From NCBI GenBank assembly GCA_001786745.1, contig MFTF01000018.1:23577-87576 (forward strand): DNA of 64,000 nucleotides. Direction: 5' to 3'. Numbering within the stretch: the first letter of the stretch is position 1; the number at the start of each line of letters is the position of its first letter. Below are positions 9,574-18,611 of this stretch, in pieces. The notes beneath the pieces are model-generated. The model searched no databases. It was not told the DNA's origin and saw only the letters and a program-made list of their open reading frames with translations. The position numbers were made by a program, and so were the translations under genes. This DNA is from Candidatus Nomurabacteria bacterium RIFCSPHIGHO2_01_FULL_36_23 (GTDB lineage: Bacteria > Patescibacteriota > Minisyncoccia > Phycocordibacterales > UBA9973).

Positions 9574-11044
9574 AATTTTTTATGTAATATGTTTCGGTTT
9601 TGTGTTTGGAGTACTTTTTCGTTCTTTTATTTTTGTGAATCTTTTTGTGGCGATATTTTTAGGTGTTATTGCGTTGGCTCTCATTTTGTTTTTTGACTTA
9701 ATTTCTAAAAACAAATGGGGAGTTATCACTGGAGTTTTTATATTGGCAATTTCACTGGGGATTTTGAGATTTCATGTAACAGACAGACTCGCGCCAGATA
9801 TTTTTGAATCACAAGTTAACCAACAGGTTTCTTTTTCTGGGAAGATAGTAGATGAATCAGATATCAGGGAAAATAATCAGAAATTAACTGTTGAAACTAT
9901 GAAAAATGACGAAAAAATTAAGATTTTAATAACCACCAATTTTAGTGAAAGTTTTAGATATGGCGATGAAATAAATTTCTCTGGTAAATTGGAAAAGCCG
10001 GGAAATTTTATCACTGATCAAGGAAAAGAATTTGATTATATAAATTATTTAAGAAAAGACGGCATTTATTACATAATGAATTACGTAAATGTTGAAATAA
10101 TTTCTTACGGCAATGGAAATTTTATAAAAAGTGCTCTATTTTCTGTTAAAGAAAAGTTTTTAGAAAAAATGAATTTTGTCATGGCAAGCCCGGAAAATCT
10201 CCTTATGGGCGGGTTAATTTTAGGAGAGAAATCTTCTTTCAGTCAAGATTTAAGGCAAAGTTTCGTTGATACTGGCACGATACATATCGTCGCGCTTTCT
10301 GGATATAATATTACGATAGTTGCTGAATGGTTTATGAAATTGTTCAGTTTTTTGCCGAAAAATCTCGGTATTGGAATGGGTATTTTAGCAATTTTACTTT
10401 TTATATTAATGACTGGGGGGAGTTCTACGGCAGTACGGGCGGGTATAATGGCAACCTTAGCATTAATTGCTCGCGCGACTGGCAGAAATTATGATGTCGC
10501 GCGGGCTCTCATTCTGGCGGGTATTTTTATGATTCTTTTTAATCCATTTATTCTTGTTTATGATGTTTCATTTCAACTTTCTTTTATTGCCACTGTCGCT
10601 GTGATATTCTTGGCGCCAAAAATTGAAAAACATTTTTTGTGGGTTACCACTCGTTTTGAATTACGAGACATCATATCGGTAACTTGCGCTGCTTATGTTC
10701 TTGTTTTACCTTTTATTCTTTACAAAATGGGCAATCTTTCTTTGGTTGCGTTACCGGCAAATATTTTAATCTTACCTTTCATTCCATTTACGATGCTTTT
10801 AGGATTCCTGACTGGCTTTATGGGGGTGTTTTGGTATGTATTTGCTGTTCCCTTGGGTTATATCTCATATTTATTTTTACATTACGAGCTTGGTGTTATT
10901 AATTTTTTTGCGAATATTCCTTTTGCGTCATTTTCCATTCCTAACTTTCCGCTTATACTTACACTCTTAATTTACGCCTATTTTATTTACAAACTTTTCG
11001 GCAGGAGTTTAAAAAGTTTTTTTAAACCCGAAAAGGAAATATAA
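9563..11044 (+). CDS. comEC: ComEC competence channel (OB + membrane domain)
   Basis: GTIHIVALSGYN, VRAGIM, SFQLSFIAT; multi-TM. Confidence 0.93.
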   Translation: MRDKIFYVICFGFVFGVLFRSFIFVNLFVAIFLGVIALALILFFDLISKNKWGVITGVFILAISLGILRFHVTDRLAPDIFESQVNQQVSFSGKIVDESDIRENNQKLTVETMKNDEKIKILITTNFSESFRYGDEINFSGKLEKPGNFITDQGKEFDYINYLRKDGIYYIMNYVNVEIISYGNGNFIKSALFSVKEKFLEKMNFVMASPENLLMGGLILGEKSSFSQDLRQSFVDTGTIHIVALSGYNITIVAEWFMKLFSFLPKNLGIGMGILAILLFILMTGGSSTAVRAGIMATLALIARATGRNYDVARALILAGIFMILFNPFILVYDVSFQLSFIATVAVIFLAPKIEKHFLWVTTRFELRDIISVTCAAYVLVLPFILYKMGNLSLVALPANILILPFIPFTMLLGFLTGFMGVFWYVFAVPLGYISYLFLHYELGVINFFANIPFASFSIPNFPLILTLLIYAYFIYKLFGRSLKSFFKPEKEI

Positions 11045-11104
11045 AAATTTTCTTGTGGGCAATACAGTAGCTTCCCACTGCGAAAACTTTTATATTTCCT
11101 TTTC
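11031..11104. terminator. Long inverted repeat between convergent comEC and sod, likely bidirectional terminator
   Basis: gaaaaggaaatataaaa...ttttatatttccttttc arms with inner gtggg/cccac stem. Confidence 0.7.
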
Positions 11105-11697
11105 TATTTTACTTCTATAAAATTTTTTTCCGCAACTTCCCAATTTAAATTTTCAAAAAATATTTCTATATATTGTTTTTTACCGCTTGGCTGAAAATCA
11201 AAAACAAAAGCATGTTCCCACATATCTAAAGCTAAAACAAGTGTACAATCCTGAAGTTGACCCAAATGCTGTTCATCTACCCATGCGTTTAATAATCTAT
11301 TTTCTTTTCTATCAAAATAAAGCATTACCCAGCCGATACCTCTTGTTGTCGCAATTGTTTTAAACAATGTAAGCCATTTGTCAAATGACCCCCATTCTAA
11401 CGATATGGCTTTTTTTAATTCGCTATTTTCTTTTAGTGTGTTGGCTTTACCCGATAGTGAATTGAAATAAACTTCATGGTTTCGCATACCATTATATTCA
11501 AATCCAAATCTTTTTTGCAGTCCGCTTAAGATATCCATATTTTTTTCCGCATCTACCGATAATTCTTCTATTTTAGACAAAACAAGATTTGCATGATTTA
11601 CATAACCAATATACAATTTCAAATGCTCTTCTATATTTTTAGCCGAAATGCCTTTAAGCGGTCCAATATTAAATTTCATTTCTTCAAATTTTTTCAT
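11104..11697 (-). CDS. Fe/Mn superoxide dismutase family protein
   Basis: EEHLKLY..YVN, NHEVYF, GWVML, LDMWEHAF. Confidence 0.92.
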   Translation of the reverse strand: MKKFEEMKFNIGPLKGISAKNIEEHLKLYIGYVNHANLVLSKIEELSVDAEKNMDILSGLQKRFGFEYNGMRNHEVYFNSLSGKANTLKENSELKKAISLEWGSFDKWLTLFKTIATTRGIGWVMLYFDRKENRLLNAWVDEQHLGQLQDCTLVLALDMWEHAFVFDFQPSGKKQYIEIFFENLNWEVAEKNFIEVK

Positions 11698-11757
11698 GGT
11701 TCGGTCTTACTCACCATGACCCTGATTATTTTAGAAGGGTCATGCTAGTATTATAAC

Positions 11758-12627
11758 ATGACCCCAAAACGCCAGAAGTATGGTTTGTTAATATCAGTTT
11801 TCATTCTCGTAATTATAAATATTTTCCTTTTTCGCCTTGATTTACAAAGCTCTAACAGAGGTCTTACCTTTGCCATGCTGGACATAGGACAAGGCGATAG
11901 TCTTTTTATAGAGTCGCCAACGGGAACACAAATATTAGTAGATAGCGGTTCACCCAGAAAAATTTTAAGTCAGCTTGCTCGAGTAATGTCACCATTTGAT
12001 AGGAGCATAGATGCCATTATTATAACCAATCCAGACCAAGACCATATCGCTGGATTTTTAGATGTTTTAAAAGTTTACAAAGTAGATAAGGTGTTTGAGT
12101 CGGGCACTCTGAATGATTCCAAAACTTATCAAAATCTTGAAGCAGAAATAAAAAATAAAAACATTCCAAATATCTTAGCGAAAAAGGGGATGCGTCTAAA
12201 TATCGGCGGCGGCGCAAGGATTGATATTTTATTTCCCGATAGAGATGTTTTTGATTGGTCCCCAAATGATGGCTCAATTGTCGCGAAGTTAACTTATGGC
12301 AAAACCTTGGTGATGCTTACTGGTGATGCCACCACCAAAACAGAAAAAATAATTCTTGATAAAAATTCTCCGGCGCAACTCGCAAGTACTATTTTAAAAG
12401 TCGGACATCATGGTTCCCGCACTTCTACTTCTACCGAATTTGTGAAAGCCGTTTCGCCCGTATATGCTGTTATATCCAATGGCAAAGACAACAAATATGG
12501 TCATCCGCATCAAGATACGTTGGATGTCCTTTCTTTATTTGGCGCAAAGATTTTTAGAACCGATTTGCTGGGCACGATAATTATGAAATCCAATGGTGAA
12601 AAAGAAACTTTTAGTTTTCATAAATAA
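11758..12627 (+). CDS. ComEC-type metallo-beta-lactamase-fold nuclease (stand-alone)
   Basis: LDIGQGDS, LTGDA, LKVGHHGS, NKYGHPH, RTD; N-terminal TM. Confidence 0.92.
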   Translation: MTPKRQKYGLLISVFILVIINIFLFRLDLQSSNRGLTFAMLDIGQGDSLFIESPTGTQILVDSGSPRKILSQLARVMSPFDRSIDAIIITNPDQDHIAGFLDVLKVYKVDKVFESGTLNDSKTYQNLEAEIKNKNIPNILAKKGMRLNIGGGARIDILFPDRDVFDWSPNDGSIVAKLTYGKTLVMLTGDATTKTEKIILDKNSPAQLASTILKVGHHGSRTSTSTEFVKAVSPVYAVISNGKDNKYGHPHQDTLDVLSLFGAKIFRTDLLGTIIMKSNGEKETFSFHK

Positions 12628-12688
12628 TAAAATTTTTTAATCAAAAAGAGTTTTGTGTAAGTAAAACAATATATGATACAATAAAATT

Positions 12689-13933
12689 ATGCGAGATAAA
12701 AATGTCGAGAAATTGATAAAAGGTGAAGAGAAAAGACAAGCAGAAGGGTTGGAATTAATCCCATCCGAGAACTATGTGTCGGAAGATGTTTTAAAAGCGA
12801 ATGGCTCTGTTTTTACCAATAAATATTCTGAAGGATATCCAGGACGTAGATATTATGGCGGACAGGAATTTACTGATCAAGTGGAACGTTTGGCCATAGA
12901 ACGTGTGTGTAAACTTTTTAAATGTAAATTTGCCAATGTGCAACCGCACTCTGGCGCTCCAGCCAATTTAGCTGTATATGCCGCGCTTCTTGAACCCGGA
13001 GATACTGTTTTAGGAATGGATCTTTCGCATGGAGGGCATTTGACTCATGGACACCCGATGACTCTTCCGGCCAAAATTTATAACTTTGTCAGATATAAAA
13101 TGAAAAATTCCAAAACTGGGGAAATTGATTATGAAGATTTACGCAAAATAGCGATAGAAAAAAAGCCGAAAATAATTTTGGCTGGATTTTCGGCCTATTC
13201 GCGCACCCTCAATTATAAAAAATTTGTAGAAATTGCTCACGAAGTGGGCGCTGTCACTATGGCGGATATGGCGCACATTGCCGGACTTATAGTCGCTGGC
13301 GTACTGCGCAATCCATTTGACGATGGTTTTGACATTATCACTTCCACTACCCACAAAACGCTTCGCGGTCCGCGCGGAGGAATAATTCTTACTCGCGAGA
13401 ATGAAGAAATTGCCAAGAAAATTGATAAATCAATTTTCCCCGGAATTCAAGGCGGACCGCATATGCACACTATCGCCGCCAAAGCTGTTGCTTTCGGAGA
13501 AGCGATGACGCCCAAATTTAAAAAATACGCCCAACAAATTTTAAAAAATGCCAAAGCAATGGAAGAAGTCTTTCACAAGAACAAAATTCGCATGATAGGT
13601 GGGGGCACGGATAATCATCTTATTTTAGCCGATGTTTTTGGGTCTCTTGGCGTGACAGGTAAAGAAGCGCAGACAGTGCTAGACGAAGTGGGTATAACTC
13701 TTAATATGAATATGATTGCTGACGATACAAGGAAACCTCTAGATCCTTCAGGAATTAGGTTTGGCACTCCGGCCATCACTACGCGCGGTTTCAAAGAAAA
13801 AGAATGCAAACAGGTTGCAGAGCTCATGATTCTAGTCCTAAAAAATAAAGATAATAAAAAAACAAAAGAAGCTGTGCGCAAAGAAATAAAATCTCTGGCA
13901 AAAAAGTTTCCGATACCAAAAAAGTTCGTGTAA
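12689..13933 (+). CDS. glyA: Serine hydroxymethyltransferase
   Basis: LIPSENY, NKYSEGYPGRRYYGG, TTHKTLRGPRGG. Confidence 0.98.
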   Translation: MRDKNVEKLIKGEEKRQAEGLELIPSENYVSEDVLKANGSVFTNKYSEGYPGRRYYGGQEFTDQVERLAIERVCKLFKCKFANVQPHSGAPANLAVYAALLEPGDTVLGMDLSHGGHLTHGHPMTLPAKIYNFVRYKMKNSKTGEIDYEDLRKIAIEKKPKIILAGFSAYSRTLNYKKFVEIAHEVGAVTMADMAHIAGLIVAGVLRNPFDDGFDIITSTTHKTLRGPRGGIILTRENEEIAKKIDKSIFPGIQGGPHMHTIAAKAVAFGEAMTPKFKKYAQQILKNAKAMEEVFHKNKIRMIGGGTDNHLILADVFGSLGVTGKEAQTVLDEVGITLNMNMIADDTRKPLDPSGIRFGTPAITTRGFKEKECKQVAELMILVLKNKDNKKTKEAVRKEIKSLAKKFPIPKKFV

Positions 13934-13977
13934 AATCATAATTTTCAATTTCGGATTTTTTCTGCTATATTTTATAA

Positions 13978-14682
13978 ATGGTCAAAGGAAATAAACGAGG
14001 CAAACTCATAGTTATAGACGGCACGGATGGGAGTGGAAAGGCGACCCAGACCGAACTTCTAGTGAAGGCTCTGAAGAATGAAGGGCGGAAAGTTAAAATT
14101 ATTGATTTTCCTGAATATTACGCTAATTTTTTCGGAAAATTCATCGGGCACTGTCTTTCTGAACAGTATTATAACTTTGTAAAAGTACATCCGAAGATTG
14201 CTTCTATACTTTATGCGGCGGACCGCCTTGAGTCAAAAGATAAAATTAAAAAATGGTTAAAAAACGGCTATATCGTTGTTGCCAATAGGTATGCGAGCGC
14301 CAATCAAATTCACCAAGGCGGAAAAATTGTAAATACAAAAAAGAGGGAAGCATTTATCAGATGGCTGGCAGAAATGGAATACAAAGTTTTTAAAATTCCG
14401 AAGCCAGATGTCGTGTTTTACTTAAGTGTGCCTATTCCGATTGTGTTAAAATTAATTACCGAGCGGAATAAAAATAAAAATAGAAATTATTTGGGCAAGA
14501 AAAAAGATGTGCATGAGAAAGATGTAAAATTTCTAGAAAATTCTCGCCAAAGCGCGCTCTGGCTCACCAAGACACAAAAAGGTTGGATTAAAATTGAATG
14601 TGTAAAAAACGGGAAGCTTGATACTCGTGAAAATATTCATAATAAAATTTATGAAAAAATTAAAAAAATCATCAAAAAATAA
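13978..14682 (+). CDS. tmk: Thymidylate kinase
   Basis: IDGTDGSGKATQ P-loop, LYAADR, NRY, PDVVFYL. Confidence 0.92.
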   Translation: MVKGNKRGKLIVIDGTDGSGKATQTELLVKALKNEGRKVKIIDFPEYYANFFGKFIGHCLSEQYYNFVKVHPKIASILYAADRLESKDKIKKWLKNGYIVVANRYASANQIHQGGKIVNTKKREAFIRWLAEMEYKVFKIPKPDVVFYLSVPIPIVLKLITERNKNKNRNYLGKKKDVHEKDVKFLENSRQSALWLTKTQKGWIKIECVKNGKLDTRENIHNKIYEKIKKIIKK

Positions 14683-15238
14683 AAAACCCGTAGTTATTTT
14701 TATTTATGGACAAATTGCAGTAGGGAAGCTTACTGTAGCAAAAATTTTAAGTAAAAAACTTGGATATAAGTTAACGCACAACCATTCATTAAATGATTTT
14801 GTTGATGAAGTATTTACTCGAGGTATGAATGCTCATAATTCAATAATTGAAAAAATAAGATATGACTTGTTAGAAAATGCAGTTAAAGCAAAAATTAATT
14901 TTGTCACTACTCATTGCTATGCACATAATTTTGTTTCTACCACTGGGCTTTCAGATTCTAAATATGTTGAAACATTAGAGAAAAAACTTACAAAATTGGG
15001 TGCAGGATTTTATCCTATTCAGCTTAAAGCTACTGATGAGGAATTATTGCGTAGAGTAAATGCGGATTCTCGCAAAGCATTTAAAAAATTAAAAGACAAA
15101 AAAATTATGAGAGAGTTAACACTCCAACACGATTGGCAAACTTCTCCCAAATTAAAAAATAATCTTATAATTGACAATACTAATCTTTCTCCCAAAAAAG
15201 TTGCACAAATGATTATTAAACATTTCAAACTGAACTAA
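14651..15238 (+). CDS. P-loop small-molecule/nucleotide kinase-like protein
   Basis: IFIYGQIAVGKLTVA, ELLRRV, IDNTNLSP. Confidence 0.75.
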   Translation: MKKLKKSSKNKKPVVIFIYGQIAVGKLTVAKILSKKLGYKLTHNHSLNDFVDEVFTRGMNAHNSIIEKIRYDLLENAVKAKINFVTTHCYAHNFVSTTGLSDSKYVETLEKKLTKLGAGFYPIQLKATDEELLRRVNADSRKAFKKLKDKKIMRELTLQHDWQTSPKLKNNLIIDNTNLSPKKVAQMIIKHFKLN

Positions 15239-15246
15239 AAAACCTA

Positions 15247-15282
15247 TTTAGCATTAATAAGCGGTCGCACACTATTGCTAAA
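15247..15282. repeat. 36-bp palindromic direct repeat A, downstream copy
   Basis: tttagcattaataagcggtcgcacactattgctaaa; 33/36 to 15855-15890; abuts the stop codon. Confidence 0.95.
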
Positions 15283-15846
15283 CTAGCATAAGTTAAATTT
15301 CTTCATTAAATGCAGTTCATTGTCTATTTTATCAGCAAGAACGAATCGCACATACCTCCTGGCATTATAAAGCTCCAAAATAAATTCAATTTCATTATCG
15401 CAAGGATAAGGGAAAACCAATACAGATTTTTGAAGTTCAATGAGACCTATTTCTCGAAAATGAAAACGCAAAGAGTCACGTAACCTTTTTAATTTCTCAG
15501 GAATATCAAACATCACTATACGCCATTTCTTGTCCCATTTTGTCGGTTTTTTAATCCCCATTTTATCAATGTTAAATTTAAGAGCTTTTTGTTTTCCTTC
15601 TTTGTTTAAAATAAGAATAGTTGTTCCGTCTTTGTGATATTGTTCTTTAACTAAATGAGAAGTATATAAAGAATTGATGGCTCTCTGTAATGCTTGACGA
15701 TTTTCTTTCTCCCATTCTTTTGGTATTTGTTTCAAAATCCACAGCTGTTTCCTGGCTGATTTAGTTAGGCCAAGTGCAAGACCGGCAAGTAAAAGTAAAA
15801 GCACTTTCCTTTTTAGATTTCCTATTCTTGGCATGTTGTGTCCCAT
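15283..15846 (-). CDS. PaaX-like protein (wHTH-like + Cas2-like domain), copy 1
   Basis: WDKKWRIVMFDIPEK..RDSLR..GLIELQKSVLVFPY, typical of the PaaX central Cas2-like domain. Confidence 0.85.
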   Translation of the reverse strand: MGHNMPRIGNLKRKVLLLLLAGLALGLTKSARKQLWILKQIPKEWEKENRQALQRAINSLYTSHLVKEQYHKDGTTILILNKEGKQKALKFNIDKMGIKKPTKWDKKWRIVMFDIPEKLKRLRDSLRFHFREIGLIELQKSVLVFPYPCDNEIEFILELYNARRYVRFVLADKIDNELHLMKKFNLC

Positions 15847-15854
15847 CTGCTTAT

Positions 15855-15890
15855 TATAGCATTAATAAGCGGTCGCATACTAATGCTAAA
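15855..15890. repeat. 36-bp palindromic direct repeat A, upstream copy overlapping promoter
   Basis: tatagcattaataagcggtcgcatactaatgctaaa; minus strand TGCTATAAT-6nt-ATG overlaps its end. Confidence 0.95.
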
Positions 15891-15930
15891 TTGGTTTTTG
15901 CGTGGAAAAGATATATAATTGAATAACAAT

Positions 15931-16434
15931 ATGAAAATTCCCATTGTTGATGAACAAGATAATTTTTTATATTATAAAGATCCCAAAGAACGTGATCCGC
16001 GCAAGGAAATTACGCGGGGCTCTGTTCTATGGGTTGTGAATGAAAGAGGAAAAATATTGGTGGCTAAACGTTCAAAAAACAAAGAACACTTCCCGAATAT
16101 TTGGGGACCTTCAGTTGCTGGGTCCCTTGAAGAAAATGAATCTTATAGGGACAATCTCATCAAGGAGGCAAAAGAAGAGATAGGGGTTAATTTAGATACA
16201 ATTATATTAGGCTCTAAAATAAGAGAATCCGATGATCACGAATATTTTAGTCAATACTTTTTTACTAAAATTTCTTCAAATACAAAATTTACTCTTCAAG
16301 AATCAGAAGTTGATGAAGTACACTGGGTTTCCCTAAAACAATTAAAAAATTGGTATCGTAAAAATCCAGAAGAATTTCTGCCCACTTTTAGCGGAAGTTT
16401 AAAAATTATTGAAAATTATGAAAATCAGAGTTAA
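15931..16434 (+). CDS. NUDIX hydrolase (IPP-isomerase-like fold)
   Basis: AGSLEENES..KEAKEEIG Nudix-like box; LQESEVDEVHW. Confidence 0.85.
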   Translation: MKIPIVDEQDNFLYYKDPKERDPRKEITRGSVLWVVNERGKILVAKRSKNKEHFPNIWGPSVAGSLEENESYRDNLIKEAKEEIGVNLDTIILGSKIRESDDHEYFSQYFFTKISSNTKFTLQESEVDEVHWVSLKQLKNWYRKNPEEFLPTFSGSLKIIENYENQS

Positions 16435-16840
16435 AAAATTAAATAAAAATGCAAAATTGCCGAAATACCATCACCCAGGGGATATAGGGATGGATTTGTA
16501 TGCGATGGAGACAATCACCGTAAAACCTGGTGAGCATCATCGTTTTTGGCATGGGTTTGCTCTTGAGTTTCCAGAGGGCTATGGAGGGATTATAATGGAT
16601 AAGGGGAGCATTTCTAAGGCAGGTCTGCACCATATGGGTGGAGTTTATGATGCGGGCTATAGGGGCGAATACAATACACTTTTAGTAAACTTATCCGATA
16701 AGCCGTATGTTTTTGAAGAAGGGGACAAAGTCTCCCAGCTCATCATAATGCCCGTAGTAATTGGAGAGTTGGAAGAAACTGATACATTAAAAGAATCTGC
16801 CCGAGGAGAAGGAAAATTTGGGAGCACTGGCAAAAAATAA
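16418..16840 (+). CDS. dut: dUTPase (trimeric)
   Basis: GMDL, GVYDAGYRGE, GDKVSQL, RGEGKFGSTG. Confidence 0.95.
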   Translation: MKIRVKKLNKNAKLPKYHHPGDIGMDLYAMETITVKPGEHHRFWHGFALEFPEGYGGIIMDKGSISKAGLHHMGGVYDAGYRGEYNTLLVNLSDKPYVFEEGDKVSQLIIMPVVIGELEETDTLKESARGEGKFGSTGKK

Positions 16841-18579
16841 TGCAAGACAAAATAAAAAATTTAATAAAAAATGCTCTTAAAAATCTCGGGATTGAAGGGG
16901 TAGATTTTGTTGTAAAGCATTCAGAAGATTTGAAAAACGGGGATTACTCTACAAATGTGGCTATGGTTTGCGCCAAGAAGTTAAAAAATAATCCCAAAGA
17001 GCTTGCAGAAGAAATTACTAAAGAATTGTCAAGGGGCATCCTTGACATAATAGAAAAAATAGAAACACAAGCTGGTTTTATTAATTTCTACTTATCTCGC
17101 AAATTTTTTGCCGGAAGTATTGAAGAGATTTTAAACAATAAAAATTTTGGACAAAATAAACTTTTTTCTGGCAAGAAAATTATGGTTGAGTACACTCAAC
17201 CGAATCCATTCAAGCCTTTTCATATCGGACATTTAATGAGTAACGCCATTGGTGAGTCGATTTCGAGAATTATCGAATTTTCTGGTGCAGAAATTATTCG
17301 TGCCAACTATCAAGGAGACATAGGGCTACATATTGCTAAAGCTATTTACGGACTTTTAAAAAATGAAAAATTACAAAACAAAACAATTTCTAATACTTTA
17401 CAGTCAGAAAATATTGGGCGGGCTTACTTCGGGGGCGCAGAGGCATATGAGAACAATACTAAAGCGAAAGAAGAAATAGATGTAATAAATAAAAAAATTT
17501 ATGATAAGAGTGATGAAAAAATAAATGAAATATATGACTGGGGTTTCAAAGTAACGATGGAAGCTTTTGAAGATCTGTATAAAATGCTCGGTACGAAATT
17601 CGATTTTTACTTTTTGGAAAGCCAAATGGTGGATACTGGCAGAGAGATTGTTAATGCGAATATCGGCAAAATTTTTGAGAAGTCAGATGGCACAATTGTC
17701 TTTAAAGCCGAAAAACATGATCCTAAATTGCACACTAGGGTTTTTATAACTTCTGAGAATTTGCCCACTTATGAGACGAAAGAACTTGGTTTAACTGAAG
17801 AGAAATTTAAAAGTTATCCCAATATGAATTTATCCATCGTCGTCACCGCAAATGAACAGGCGGGTTATATGCGTGTTGTCGCGAAAGCCATATCTCTGAT
17901 TCATCCAGAATACACAGACAAAATGAAACATATTACACACGGCATGATGCGCCTCGCCCATGGGGCTACGGCCGAGGGTTTTACAGATGGGAAGATGAGC
18001 TCCAGAAAAGGGAATGTGGTGACCGGTGAAACTCTTTTGAGTGAAGTCCGTGATAGCATTTTAGAAAAAATGACTGATCGAGATTTTTCCAATATTGAGC
18101 GAGAAAAAATTGCAACGGATGTTGGCGTGTCAGCAATAAAATATTCAGTACTTAGACAAGCTACTGGCGGAGACATTATTTATAATTTTGAAAAATCAAT
18201 TTCATTTGAGGGCGATTCTGGACCATATCTTCAGTATTCCTATGCTCGGGCTAATTCAATTATAGAGAAAGCGAAAAAAGAAAATATCTTGCCAGATCTG
18301 CATCCTCAAGCTTTGCTAAAAGAAATTTTTGAAGTGGAAAAATTATTGTATAGATTTCCAGAAGTTGTTCTGCGTTCTGCATCCGAATATGAACCACATT
18401 ATATTGCAAATTACCTTATAGAACTTGCGCGGGCTTTTAATAGTTTCTATGGCAACACTGTTATTGTGGATCAAAAAGATAAAACTTCACCCCACAAAGT
18501 TGCTCTTACTTTTGCTTTTACTTTCGTAATGAAAAAAGGTCTCTGCCTACTTGGCATCGAGGCGCCGGAGAAAATGTAA
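16840..18579 (+). CDS. argS: Arginine--tRNA ligase
   Basis: GDYSTNVA, PNPFKPFHIGH, KMSSRKG, GPYLQYSYAR. Confidence 0.97.
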   Translation: MQDKIKNLIKNALKNLGIEGVDFVVKHSEDLKNGDYSTNVAMVCAKKLKNNPKELAEEITKELSRGILDIIEKIETQAGFINFYLSRKFFAGSIEEILNNKNFGQNKLFSGKKIMVEYTQPNPFKPFHIGHLMSNAIGESISRIIEFSGAEIIRANYQGDIGLHIAKAIYGLLKNEKLQNKTISNTLQSENIGRAYFGGAEAYENNTKAKEEIDVINKKIYDKSDEKINEIYDWGFKVTMEAFEDLYKMLGTKFDFYFLESQMVDTGREIVNANIGKIFEKSDGTIVFKAEKHDPKLHTRVFITSENLPTYETKELGLTEEKFKSYPNMNLSIVVTANEQAGYMRVVAKAISLIHPEYTDKMKHITHGMMRLAHGATAEGFTDGKMSSRKGNVVTGETLLSEVRDSILEKMTDRDFSNIEREKIATDVGVSAIKYSVLRQATGGDIIYNFEKSISFEGDSGPYLQYSYARANSIIEKAKKENILPDLHPQALLKEIFEVEKLLYRFPEVVLRSASEYEPHYIANYLIELARAFNSFYGNTVIVDQKDKTSPHKVALTFAFTFVMKKGLCLLGIEAPEKM

Positions 18580-18611
18580 AAATATATATTTTATGTTAAA
18601 ATCAGCCAATA

